Positions 39,497 through 48,755 of a DNA stretch of 64,000 bases are shown here, one piece after another. The DNA comes from Candidatus Bathyarchaeia archaeon. Its GTDB lineage: Archaea; Thermoproteota; Bathyarchaeia; 40CM-2-53-6. Position 1 is the first letter of the stretch. Every line of letters begins with the position of its first letter. The notes below the pieces were generated by a model. The model made no database searches and was not told the origin of the DNA. It saw nothing but the letters and a program-made list of their open reading frames with translations. Location: positions 1-64,000 of the forward strand of contig JBEKSC010000009.1 in NCBI GenBank assembly GCA_049517415.1, read 5' to 3'. Both the position numbers and the translations under genes were made by a program.

Positions 39497-39698
39497 TGCA
39501 GAACCACTCCGACTCACTCGCTTGGCGCCGTATGGCATTTGGGTCGAAAAGTGGAATCTTCTCCAAATCTAACTATTCCTCCACGCCATGATAAATATTC
39601 GCAGCGTAAGGCCAGAGCAAGCGTGCAAACTCTGAAAACAATATCACACCTCTCCCAGAGTTTAATTATATCCAGCCTCGAATTCTGGCTCGAGGCCG

Positions 39699-40253
39699 AT
39701 GCAAGCGCTCTCTTCCCTTAAATCAAAACTCGGAACCGTAGTGGACGATTTCCGAAAGAAGTACCCCTCGTTCGACGAATCTTTCAGCACATACATGGGG
39801 CAATATGGAGAGGGTGCTGTAAAGGTCTATGAGCCCTTTAAGGTCAGCGACACCATCGATCCCGTCGTCATAATTCTCGGCCGAACTACGTCCCTTTTCT
39901 ACAAAGATTCCCGTCGGCTCCTGTCCGGCAGCCTCAACTCAGTCCCTATTGAGAGCGGAAATGTCTATGTGATGGGTAGGCGCAAACGTCCCGATTCGAA
40001 ACTAATCGTCTGGTCATCGAAGGAGGAGAGCGAGGTTGAACAGTATGACAGCCGCATCCGAATAATTCCTTCACGAATTCACGCTGCGATCTTTGCCTTA
40101 GAAGACGGCACCGTCTTGTTCGCTGATCTGGGCAGCTCCTCGGGCTCAATTTTGGTAGGTGAAACCTCAAAGCCGGAACCATTCATCACACTCTACGCAC
40201 CGCCTAGGGTCGACGTTCACAGAGTCCCAATTGAATCAAAGTACACGCGTTAA
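39699..40253 (+). CDS. FHA domain protein
   Basis: MGR..SRIHA..DLGSSSG. Confidence 0.75.
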   Translation: MQALSSLKSKLGTVVDDFRKKYPSFDESFSTYMGQYGEGAVKVYEPFKVSDTIDPVVIILGRTTSLFYKDSRRLLSGSLNSVPIESGNVYVMGRRKRPDSKLIVWSSKEESEVEQYDSRIRIIPSRIHAAIFALEDGTVLFADLGSSSGSILVGETSKPEPFITLYAPPRVDVHRVPIESKYTR

Positions 40254-40465
40254 GGCCCGGATTGGATTCCTCGCCTGACGGGTGAGAAGTTGCTATCATC
40301 ATTCAACCGGATCATTCTATCTTTCACTCCACACACGAAGCTAGATTGAGAGCCAGTCTCAATTAACTCCGCTAACCTACCAAGCGGAAGTTCGCCACCT
40401 AACCTCGGTACAGAATTCGCTAATTGAGAGTTAACCCTAAATTTCCCATTACTCTGTGCTTCGAA

Positions 40466-40570
40466 TGAAGGTACCGGGGGAGCTGGGAAGGTCCCGGCTG
40501 AGAGGACGGCTCACGTCGCCGTCGACCCCGTGAACCTGATCCGGGTAATGCCGGCGTAGGGAGTGTGCTA
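40466..40570 (+). ncRNA. TPP riboswitch
   Basis: GGGG..GCTGAGA..GACCC.TGAACCTGATCCGGGTAATGCCGGCGTAGGGA consensus, upstream of thiT. Confidence 0.95.
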
Positions 40571-40669
40571 AGTGAACGCAAGTCGCGCAACTTTCCGCAA
40601 TCCATCCAAAGCGTTCCATATCGCTGTCCTCGGTAACCTTCAACCAAATCGTGGAGGTGAAATTGGACA

Positions 40670-41188
40670 GTGAAAATTCAAACAAAGATACTAACGGAAA
40701 TCATCGCTATGGTCGCTCTGGCAGGAGTCCTTGAGTACGTTTCCGGATTTCTCCCGTTGCAGATGCCAGAAGGTGGCAGGGTGACCCTTGCCGCAATGGT
40801 CCCAATCTTCTTTGTTGCCGCACGAAGGGGTCCGCGGATTGGGATCTTGGCGGGAATTGCTTTCGGTTTAGTGGTGCTCGTGGAAGAACCTTTCATATAC
40901 CATCCAGTTCAAGTTCTGCTTGATTATCCACTGGCTTTCGGGGCACTCGGGTTAGCTGGTTTCTTCCGACACTCACCTGTGCTCGGCGTCGCGGTCGGCA
41001 TAGGTGGAAGGTTCCTTTGCCATTTCACTTCAGGGCTCGTTTTCTTCGCAACGTATGCACCAGCAGGAATGAATCCAGCACTTTATTCCGCAATATACAA
41101 TGCATGGTATCTTGTTCCAGAACTCATCATCAGCTCTGTGTTCATGTTCATACTGCAAAAGAGGCATGTATTAGAAATCTATCTCTGA
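40670..41188 (+). CDS. thiT: ECF-type thiamine transporter S component
   Basis: MPEGG, HPVQVLLDYPLAF, RFLCHF.SG..FF..YAP, YS..YN; TPP riboswitch upstream. Confidence 0.92.
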   Translation: MKIQTKILTEIIAMVALAGVLEYVSGFLPLQMPEGGRVTLAAMVPIFFVAARRGPRIGILAGIAFGLVVLVEEPFIYHPVQVLLDYPLAFGALGLAGFFRHSPVLGVAVGIGGRFLCHFTSGLVFFATYAPAGMNPALYSAIYNAWYLVPELIISSVFMFILQKRHVLEIYL

Positions 41189-41242
41189 TTCACTACGTAG
41201 AATCGCGGAATAAAACCCCTTTTTTCTTCTCTTGTTCAACAT

Positions 41243-42322
41243 ATGAAGAGAATGGTCAGGCGAAAAATGTTGACTGGCTATCTTGGAAAAGTCAACCGAA
41301 ACTACTTGGACAGAGTTATCTATCCTAGGCTCGGCGCCGTACGTCGAGAAATAATCGTTGGCCCAAGATTTGGCGTTGACAATGCAGTTGTCAGAGTTGG
41401 GGGAGGGAGAGTTCTGGTGGCAACAACCGACCCGCTGTCCTTCATCCCGGGCTTACGCCCATCTGAATCGGCATGGCTCTCAGTCAACCTGTTAGCCTCC
41501 GATCTAACCACTTGCGGTTGCGCCCCACAGTACGGAATCTTCGACTTCAATCTGCCCCCGCAGATGAGTAATCACCAATTTGCCGAGTACTGGAAAGCTT
41601 TCCATTCTGAGTGCAAGAAGCTTGGGCTCGCAATCGTGGGGGGCCACACAGGAAAGTACCAAGGTTGCGGCTATTCGGTAATCGGGGGCGGCGTAATGTA
41701 TACGGTCTGCCGTGAGGAGCGGTACCTGACGTCTGAAATGGCCGGAAGTGGCGACGACGTCATCCTAACTAAAGGCGCAGCTGTTGAAACGACGGCAATT
41801 CTCACACGAGCATTCCCACGAAAAATCAAAAGTGTAATAGGGAGCAGGCTGTTCGAGAAGGCTCGGAATTACCTGTTCGAAGTATCGACTGTAAAAGACG
41901 CTCTCACAGCGGCTTCTGTTGGAATTCATCAGAATGGAGTAACAGCCATGCATGACGCAACAGAGGGCGGCGTCATTGCCGCTGTCCTGGAACTTTCAAA
42001 CGCATCGGGCCTCGGAGTAGAAATCGACTTGGACATTATTCCGGTATCCGAAGAGACCCGGGAGATTTGTAAGTTCTTTCGAATCAACGCTTTGATATCC
42101 CTTAGCGAAGGGACTCTCATAATCGCGTGCCGCCCCAATAAAACTGCAAGAGTCTTGAACCAACTGAAGTCTAACGGGATCTCATCGCACGTGGTCGGCC
42201 GCTTGACAAAGACCCGATCAGCGCAGGCAACAACACGTCGAGGGCGGGTTCGTCTTACTTATCCTAGTTTTGACCCGTATTGGAAGGCTTACCGGAAAGG
42301 AACAACGAAACGCTGGCAATGA
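41243..42322 (+). CDS. AIR synthase-related (PurM/ThiL/HypE fold) protein
   Basis: GP.FGVD, TTDP, GGHT, MHDATEGG. Confidence 0.88.
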   Translation: MKRMVRRKMLTGYLGKVNRNYLDRVIYPRLGAVRREIIVGPRFGVDNAVVRVGGGRVLVATTDPLSFIPGLRPSESAWLSVNLLASDLTTCGCAPQYGIFDFNLPPQMSNHQFAEYWKAFHSECKKLGLAIVGGHTGKYQGCGYSVIGGGVMYTVCREERYLTSEMAGSGDDVILTKGAAVETTAILTRAFPRKIKSVIGSRLFEKARNYLFEVSTVKDALTAASVGIHQNGVTAMHDATEGGVIAAVLELSNASGLGVEIDLDIIPVSEETREICKFFRINALISLSEGTLIIACRPNKTARVLNQLKSNGISSHVVGRLTKTRSAQATTRRGRVRLTYPSFDPYWKAYRKGTTKRWQ

Positions 42323-42330
42323 ACTTCGGC

Positions 42331-42624
42331 TCAGGTTGCGGACCTAAACTTGAGGTAGCCAACTTTCTCGATGCAGTTCCTGCACCAGAACTGGTTTCGC
42401 TCCAAGGAATACTCAGCGTAGGCGTCCACAACAACCGTTCCGCAGTTCCAGCATCGGAGAAGGAGCATCCGCTTCATCTTATGATACTTCATCTCCTTCT
42501 GGTGTTCCAGCCAGATAGGGTCGCCATACTCGCAGACGACGTTGCAAACCTCGCAGAAGAAGAAATTGCCAACCACGGCTAACTCGCGTGACTCAAAGCT
42601 CGTACTTTCCGTGGTCTGGCTCAT
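42331..42624 (-). CDS. Small Zn-binding hypothetical protein
   Basis: Three CxxC pairs. Confidence 0.55.
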   Translation of the reverse strand: MSQTTESTSFESRELAVVGNFFFCEVCNVVCEYGDPIWLEHQKEMKYHKMKRMLLLRCWNCGTVVVDAYAEYSLERNQFWCRNCIEKVGYLKFRSAT

Positions 42625-42701
42625 GGCTTCTCGAATCTCGTGAGTTTTCCTCACAGAACCAATTGGACCGTACATATGCCTTTGGTTTAACCAGCCAAGA
42701 A

Positions 42702-43595
42702 TTAAGGCGAAGTTGGTTTCCAAAAATCGAGAAGGTATTCGAACGTTGTGCCCATGGTTATGTAGTTGGACGGCCAGCCGAAGATTCCTACTCTATTGAC
42801 TATGTTGGTTCTGTCCCAGATGATTGTGTTCCGAAGCTCGTAACCCGCTTCAACTAAGGCATGGTGCACATGCATATGAAGTGGGACTCTCATTCCGTGT
42901 TTGTCATTCTTCCACCACATATCTGGCACATTGATGACCGCATGACCCTTGGGTTTCAGGATTGGAAGAAGACTTCTGAAAATGGTCCCCATTTGTTCCG
43001 TATATTTTTCGAAAGCTTGCGTTCCGAGATCTCTGTCGTCTTGGCTGTATTGTTCTACCTTGAGGTACTGTTTGTTCCGCCTAAGTTCGCCTCTTCTGCT
43101 CTTGTTCGACCTCGGCCTGTTGAGGAGGTTCGCGTAGGGAGGAGAGGTGAAAATCAAACTGACTGTACCTTCTTCGAGGTATGCAGATATTCTTCGTGCA
43201 TCGTCGCAGAGTACGATCTGCTGAGTTTCATGCTTCTGTCCGGCTATCTCCAGCCGCTGCCTCGCGGTAACGCAATATTGGGGGTTGATGTCAAAGCCAA
43301 CCGCATTCCTCTCAATGTCCTGGCAGGCGAGTAGTGTCGTGCCGACTCCATTGAAAGGGTCTACTACAAGCTCGCCCGCGTGCGTGAATAACTCCACTGC
43401 CCTCTTGGCTAGGGCGAGGGGCATCACTGCGGGGTGTACTTCTTTGTCTCGGATGTCCCGTCTCTCGTAGAAGCATTTCCAGACTCCGATCTGTGCCTTG
43501 ATCCATTCCTTAGGCGACATGCAGTTGAGGTGGTTCTCGGGGCAGTTGCATCGTCTAGCTGACGAGATTGAGACTTTGGCCGGCGTCTCTAGCAT
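42702..43595 (-). CDS. Orphan amino-DNA methyltransferase (likely m4C)
   Basis: HPAVMP, DPFNGVGTT, TSPPY. Confidence 0.9.
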   Translation of the reverse strand: MLETPAKVSISSARRCNCPENHLNCMSPKEWIKAQIGVWKCFYERRDIRDKEVHPAVMPLALAKRAVELFTHAGELVVDPFNGVGTTLLACQDIERNAVGFDINPQYCVTARQRLEIAGQKHETQQIVLCDDARRISAYLEEGTVSLIFTSPPYANLLNRPRSNKSRRGELRRNKQYLKVEQYSQDDRDLGTQAFEKYTEQMGTIFRSLLPILKPKGHAVINVPDMWWKNDKHGMRVPLHMHVHHALVEAGYELRNTIIWDRTNIVNRVGIFGWPSNYITMGTTFEYLLDFWKPTSP

Positions 43596-43649
43596 AGTAT
43601 TCGACCTAGGATAGTCGGATGAAGTAAAAAGCGCTCCTGAAGCTCCCCA

Positions 43650-44078
43650 CTAGATGTCAGCCGTACTCCAAACGACTACGCTAATCGGCTTGATTTTGAT
43701 TAACGGCCGGTCTTCAAGATTCATCTGACGATACTGTTTGTATTTTTCCCGTAGCAGCATAACTGCTCGCTCATGAGTTCTTCCGTCGTGAATAATTTCT
43801 GCGGAGCCACGCACTATCACGTACTTCAGCTCGTTCCAATCTTCTTCGTAATGATCTACGACCAAACACACGTTGGGGTTCTCAGCAATATTCAGGACCC
43901 GCCGTAATTGGATCGGCTTTCTTCGCTTGGGCTTCTCGTCGATTGGAGTATAAATCGTGGCTCCATCGAGCACGTAACATATAGGAACAACGTGTGGTTG
44001 GCCACGCTTCGTTGAAGTAGCCAAATGTCCCAATCGGGATTCGATAAGAAGTTCGCGTGCCCATCCTTCTACTCTCAT
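43650..44078 (-). CDS. PPOX-class (pyridoxamine 5'-phosphate oxidase-like) oxidoreductase
   Basis: LAT..PHVVP..IDEKPK..NP.V..VDHYEEDW. Confidence 0.88.
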   Translation of the reverse strand: MRVEGWARELLIESRLGHLATSTKRGQPHVVPICYVLDGATIYTPIDEKPKRRKPIQLRRVLNIAENPNVCLVVDHYEEDWNELKYVIVRGSAEIIHDGRTHERAVMLLREKYKQYRQMNLEDRPLIKIKPISVVVWSTADI

Positions 44079-44544
44079 GCCCGAACCCTTCTCATGGATG
44101 CAAAGCTCTTATTCTTCGCACGGAGATGTTGGAGGAGAATCAACTTTGCCCATCTTCTTCACCCCCAAGCAGGCTAATGAGTTCTTACCTCAGGTGAAGG
44201 AGACGGTCGAACGATCCATCGCAATCAAGAAAGAAGCTGACGCGTTAAAGGACGACACGGAGATGGCTGATGCCATGGAACGGCTCGGGAGGGAAATTCA
44301 GAAGCTTGAGGAACTCGGCTGCGTCCTGAAGGACCTGAACATCGGACTACTTGACTTCCCAGCAGTAAGGCTCGGCAAACGCGTTTGGCTCTGCTGGAAA
44401 TTAGGCGAGGAGAACGTCGCCTTCTGGCATGAGCTGCATGAGGGCTACGCCGGAAGGAAGACGGCTAACGAGAAGGAATTCTACGAAGACGACGTTGCGA
44501 TAAAATCGCTAACAGGCGAGGCTATCTCGAAACCGAACACTTAG
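44077..44544 (+). CDS. DUF2203 family protein
   Basis: FT..QAN..LP, GLLDFP, LCWKLGE..WH..GYAGR. Confidence 0.9.
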   Translation: MPEPFSWMQSSYSSHGDVGGESTLPIFFTPKQANEFLPQVKETVERSIAIKKEADALKDDTEMADAMERLGREIQKLEELGCVLKDLNIGLLDFPAVRLGKRVWLCWKLGEENVAFWHELHEGYAGRKTANEKEFYEDDVAIKSLTGEAISKPNT

Positions 44545-45123
44545 CACCTGCAGCTCCTCAAAGAACAGTTGACGCTTCGCCATTACCTCGTATTGGAACT
44601 CAGGATTCACCTCAGAGATTAGAGACGCAGAATCATTCAAAGTACTGATCAAGAGTAAGGCGGTTCCATCGCAATTGAGATGCTCTCCAAGTCCGCCTAG
44701 GAACCGCTTTGACAGAGCTATGCCACCCGGTCCTCCATCGACGGTTCTGTCTTCAACCGTTGAACTAGGCAGGTAGGGCGGGTTGAATGTGACCAGGTCG
44801 AACTTCCCTTGAACATTCGAGAACACGTCTGACAAGACTGTTTGGAGGCCTAGCGCCAGCACTCGAGCGGTCTTCTGTGCATATTCCAATGCTGACTGGT
44901 CAACATCTGTCACTGTGACATGGGCTCCACGGGATGCGCAAAATAACCCAAGAATGCCTGAGCCAGTCCCGATGTCAAGCACTTGCTTCCCTCCAACCGA
45001 TATTTTCGCGATGGCGTCCAGCATTAGGAAAGTGTCGTCACTCGGGGAATAGACATTCTTCGGCACATCTCCTATGGCATGAAGGATTTTTCTGAGAATT
45101 TCTTCGTTCTCGGCCTTTTGCAC
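44509..45123 (-). CDS. HemK2/PrmC-type release-factor glutamine methyltransferase
   Basis: VYSPSDDTFL, DIGTGSG, FNPPYLP, GG..G. Confidence 0.88.
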   Translation of the reverse strand: MQKAENEEILRKILHAIGDVPKNVYSPSDDTFLMLDAIAKISVGGKQVLDIGTGSGILGLFCASRGAHVTVTDVDQSALEYAQKTARVLALGLQTVLSDVFSNVQGKFDLVTFNPPYLPSSTVEDRTVDGGPGGIALSKRFLGGLGEHLNCDGTALLLISTLNDSASLISEVNPEFQYEVMAKRQLFFEELQVLSVRFRDSLAC

Positions 45124-45148
45124 GAGCCTGTTCTCTGCGCCTTTGGGC

Positions 45149-45763
45149 TTATGGTTCAGCCATGAACTTAATGAATTCTTCCCGTGTGCGCCTTTTCAAT
45201 GTGTAATTGTTTCTGCGCTCGAACCCAATAGTTGAGGACGTTGTTTTTCCGTAGTCGTGGCCCGGGTAGACCTCTATTGTATCATCCAAGGGTAGGATCT
45301 TCTCTACTAGGCTATCGTACAGATCCCCAGAATTTCCGCCCGCCAAGTCTGTTCTGCCGCATTCACCAACGAACAAAGTGTCCCCTGTGAGTAGTTTTCC
45401 GTCTACGAGTAGGCAGATGTGGTCTGGGCAATGGCCTGGTGTGTGGAACACTTTCAGCTTCAACGATCCAACTTCTATAGTGTCGCCGTCCTTTACCGAA
45501 ATATCCTTTCTCACGGGGGATTTCACGTGCATGACCACCTTTGCGCCTGTACGTTTAACGACGGCTTCGTTCCCTTCGATATGGTCGTGGTGGGAATGCG
45601 TATTGATGACTCGTGTAATTTTCAAACCCAATTCTTCGCATTGCGCCAGTAAATTGTCAACTTCCCAAGCAGGGTCGATCAGCGCAGCTGACTTGGTCTT
45701 CTCGTCTCCGATAATGTATGAAAAGTTCTGGAAGGTGCCAACGGGTACTTGCCTGAATATCAT
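45149..45763 (-). CDS. MBL-fold hydrolase (glyoxalase II/persulfide dioxygenase-like)
   Basis: THSHHDH, TPGH, GDTLF..CGRTD, PGHDY. Confidence 0.92.
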   Translation of the reverse strand: MIFRQVPVGTFQNFSYIIGDEKTKSAALIDPAWEVDNLLAQCEELGLKITRVINTHSHHDHIEGNEAVVKRTGAKVVMHVKSPVRKDISVKDGDTIEVGSLKLKVFHTPGHCPDHICLLVDGKLLTGDTLFVGECGRTDLAGGNSGDLYDSLVEKILPLDDTIEVYPGHDYGKTTSSTIGFERRNNYTLKRRTREEFIKFMAEP

Positions 45764-45853
45764 GGCTGCGTCGGGTAGAATGCCGGGCGAACTTTAATCA
45801 ATTTCGTTTTCCTTAATTCTTGAGTGTGTACGCTTCGAGAAGGGCGTGATGCA

Positions 45854-46207
45854 ATGAGTCGACTAATTGTTTTCGAACCCGACCTCCTATTCTCATCAAG
45901 AATAGAGAGCGCCGCCGCGAAGGTTGGCTTCTCCGCAAAGGTTTTCGACAATTTAGATGAATTTCTCCAAGAAGCCAAGCAATCGACGCCACAGGTCGCT
46001 CTCGTGAACCTTGATGTCGCAGTGGGAAAATTTGCGGTCCTGGAAGGCCTCGCCCGGAGTTCGTCTTGTAAGGTGGTCGGGTACTATTCGCACGTGAACA
46101 GCAGTTTAGCTGAAGAGGCGCAGCGCACTGGAATCAACGCCGTGTTTCCTCGAGGAGCATTCGCGAACAAACTCGAAGCGCTGTTGAGAGAGTTCTCATC
46201 AGGCTGA
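45854..46207 (+). CDS. Receiver-like (CheY fold) protein
   Basis: DLLFSSRI..SHV..A...G...V.PR. Confidence 0.7.
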   Translation: MSRLIVFEPDLLFSSRIESAAAKVGFSAKVFDNLDEFLQEAKQSTPQVALVNLDVAVGKFAVLEGLARSSSCKVVGYYSHVNSSLAEEAQRTGINAVFPRGAFANKLEALLREFSSG

Positions 46208-47041
46208 CAGTTCCCTTACTCTTCGCATGTTCTCCTTCTCGTCGCCGCGTTCATCGATGGGTGTTTCCATGATGAAGGGGAGGTTTCGAACCGCCTCGTG
46301 CTTGAAGAGCGCCCTGAAACCTTGTTCTCCAATGTATCCCAAGCCTATGTGCTCATGCCTGTCCCTGCCGGAACCTAAACCGACCTGCGAATCATTCAGA
46401 TGAATTACCTTCAATATGCTGAAACCCAGAATAGAATTGAATTTCCCGAGAGTGCCGTCAACGCCCCGTGGTGAGTGCAGGTCATAGCCGGCCGCGTACG
46501 CGTGCGCAGTATCGAAACAGATCCCAACGCGTTTTCTATTCTCGACTCGGTCCAAGATTCTCTTAATGTCTTCGAAAGAGGAGCCCATGCTGTTCTTGGT
46601 TCCCGCGGTGTTTTCGAGGAGGAGCATGACGTCGTTCGGGTTCTCTGAAAGTGCGTGGTTTATTGCGTCCACAATTTTTTCTAAGCCTACGTCGGAGCCT
46701 TCACCGAGGTGGCTTCCCAGGTGTGTCACAATGTATGGGATTCCCAGCGTCCCGCACCTATCAAGCTCGCCACTGAGCGATTTCACGGACTTGTTGTAAA
46801 TTAGCTTCTTAGGCGAGGAAAGGTTCGGCAGGTAGGGCATGTGGGCTACGACGGGAGTTAGGTTGTACGACCCGACCTTCCTTTTGAATTCTGCAACTTC
46901 TCCGCGGTCAAGCTTCTTGTATTTCCAGCCCCTCGGGTTCCTGGTAAACATTTGAAACGTGTCACAGCCTAGTTCGCGGGCGCGGTCAGCCGCTTGATCG
47001 ATTGTCCCCGAAATTGAAACATGCATCCCAAGTCTGATCAA
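46199..47041 (-). CDS. nfo: Endonuclease IV
   Basis: G.HVSI, QMF..NP, H.PY..NL, ENTAG, DTAH, HLNDS, DRHEHIG, ETP. Confidence 0.95.
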   Translation of the reverse strand: MIRLGMHVSISGTIDQAADRARELGCDTFQMFTRNPRGWKYKKLDRGEVAEFKRKVGSYNLTPVVAHMPYLPNLSSPKKLIYNKSVKSLSGELDRCGTLGIPYIVTHLGSHLGEGSDVGLEKIVDAINHALSENPNDVMLLLENTAGTKNSMGSSFEDIKRILDRVENRKRVGICFDTAHAYAAGYDLHSPRGVDGTLGKFNSILGFSILKVIHLNDSQVGLGSGRDRHEHIGLGYIGEQGFRALFKHEAVRNLPFIMETPIDERGDEKENMRRVRELSA

Positions 47042-47175
47042 AAACCAATCTCCCCAGCGAACAATGACCAGGTTTAGAAAGAAAAGGCGTTCGATTCGCA
47101 GCGGCCTCGGATGAACCCTCAACTTTGGCAGCTTGGAAAAGTTGATATGAGAACAGACCTCCACGGACACGCGAT

Positions 47176-47289
47176 GGCCGCCGTAGCGTAGAGGAGTCCT
47201 AAACTCCGCGAACCTTGGTAGCGTATAGACCCACTTAGGGATACAAGGCTGTGGACCCTACGGGGCGAGTTCAAATCTCGCCGGCGGCC
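47176..47289 (+). tRNA. tRNA-His(GTG) with two non-canonical introns (~15/16 at 47192-47213; 29/30 at 47229-47246)
   Basis: Encoded G-1, acceptor GCCGCCG/CGGCGGC, C73; spliced anticodon arm TAGGG-CTGTGGA-CCCTA; T arm GCGAG-TTCAAAT-CTCGC; BHB helix GTAT/ATAC. Confidence 0.9.
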
Positions 47290-47296
47290 CTCACCA

Positions 47297-48241
47297 TTAA
47301 GACTCCGTCGTCCTCAATTCAACGATTTTAGGGAGCTCCCTCACAAGACTTCGAAGCCGTAGATTGACTTCTTGAATTCGCTCGATAGTGCGAGGCGCGT
47401 TTAGAACAGGTGACCCGAATTCTCGCCTCATTCTGGAGATTGCGGACTCAAAAGCGGACTCCGGAATAGCTCCTGAAACCTTCAGCGTGGACATGCAGCC
47501 AGTGAGAAATGACAGACGGTCGAGCACGCTAGTTCTAGGCGGACATTCTCCAAGCTCTTCGAAGACCATCATGCGTGAGATGTGAGATGGGTTCGAGAAA
47601 CCAATTTCCTTTCTCCAGAGATCGATGTCGGCAGAACCATTGATCTGTGCGATGTGGCGTGGGCGTCTTCCAAATCCACCCGGCTCGGCATTCAATCTGC
47701 AAGAAACATTGACGCCGAGTTCTCTCCCGAGAAATTTTGCCAATTCCTCAATTACCGCTCGTGCAGTCATCTTGATTTGGATCCTAGGATATTTGTGAGG
47801 CTGGGTTTTTGAGGCGTTGTAAAATCCTAGGACCCCGTCTGTGGCAAGGATTTCTCGCACGAAATACTTCATCAGACGAGCGTCGTCAAGAATGGCGGAG
47901 GGTATTGAGGGACTAATCTTTCGTCCATTAGGAAGGCCAAGGACCCTGTGCTTGAAGAGTGCAACGTTCTTGCTTTGAAATACGATGGACATCCAAGTCC
48001 TTCCAGGGTCGAGATAAACTCCAAACTTGTGGAGGTCGTATGCCGATTCGATGGTCGGAATAACATGACTTAGAAGATAGAGCTGGTCTTCCAGAGCGTT
48101 CCCTGTGATATCGTAGCAATAATTAGTGTTGGTTCCGTTTTGTCTGATGAATAGGTGACCGTCTCCAAGGTGAATGCCAGTATCGGCTGCGACCTCAGGT
48201 GTCATCGAGAACATTGCACTGTAATGTGAATCAAGATTCAT
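47297..48241 (-). CDS. Free-standing double-motif LAGLIDADG homing endonuclease-like protein
   Basis: ADTGIHLGDGH and FVREILATDGV motifs; GL..G.K, YPRI.I, IGFSNP. Confidence 0.82.
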   Translation of the reverse strand: MNLDSHYSAMFSMTPEVAADTGIHLGDGHLFIRQNGTNTNYCYDITGNALEDQLYLLSHVIPTIESAYDLHKFGVYLDPGRTWMSIVFQSKNVALFKHRVLGLPNGRKISPSIPSAILDDARLMKYFVREILATDGVLGFYNASKTQPHKYPRIQIKMTARAVIEELAKFLGRELGVNVSCRLNAEPGGFGRRPRHIAQINGSADIDLWRKEIGFSNPSHISRMMVFEELGECPPRTSVLDRLSFLTGCMSTLKVSGAIPESAFESAISRMRREFGSPVLNAPRTIERIQEVNLRLRSLVRELPKIVELRTTES

Positions 48242-48297
48242 ATTCTGGGTTGGAGGTGCAGAGGATGCAAGAGTACTGTGAAACTAAGACGACCCCA

Positions 48298-48349
48298 AGG
48301 GGTTCAAAGCGTCGTTCTCGCGACGTGAAAGTCCCCTCGGCGGCCCTCA
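48298..48349 (+). pseudogene. tRNA 3' fragment (His-like) carrying a 23-nt BHB intron at 59/60
   Basis: AGGGG-TTCAAA[GCGTCGTTCTCGCGACGTGAAAG]T-CCCCT-CGGCGGC-C; last 12 nt identical to 47282-47293. Confidence 0.8.
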
Positions 48350-48421
48350 ACAATTCATTTTTGAGGCGGGAGGCGTAAATTCCTACGATAATCAGGGTGG
48401 TGGGTTAGAATCATCGATCGG

Positions 48422-48643
48422 ATGCTGAGGCGAAGCGGGCCTGGTACGTGTGAAGTCTGCGAGAGGAAACCTGCAACAAGGAAAGCGAAGTTTACTGCAC
48501 AATCTCTTCAATCTACTTCTATGCCTTTGTTTGACGAGGAGTCGCTCGTTGCAGGGGAATTTGAGAAGAGGGTATGTGAAGAATGCCTAACCTTCTTGCA
48601 GAACGCGAAGAACGTAACGGACCTCACCTTCGAACGATTGTGA
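48422..48643 (+). CDS. Small Zn-finger protein
   Basis: CEVC..CEEC. Confidence 0.6.
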   Translation: MLRRSGPGTCEVCERKPATRKAKFTAQSLQSTSMPLFDEESLVAGEFEKRVCEECLTFLQNAKNVTDLTFERL

Positions 48644-48755
48644 GCAAGTTTAACTCAACCTCGGACGTCGTGTTCGACAACCACTGAGAAAGAATTCTCG
48701 CTCATCCGGTCTGCGCGGAAGGGTTAAAGGTTTGAGTCAGAACGTGTAAGCAAGT

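Noticed and set aside
42702..43595. Restriction-modification system
   Set aside because: No recognisable endonuclease is adjacent; treated as an orphan methyltransferase.
47297..48241. LAGLIDADG ORF as a tRNA intron or intein
   Set aside because: It lies outside a complete tRNA, on the opposite strand, and lacks intein splicing motifs.
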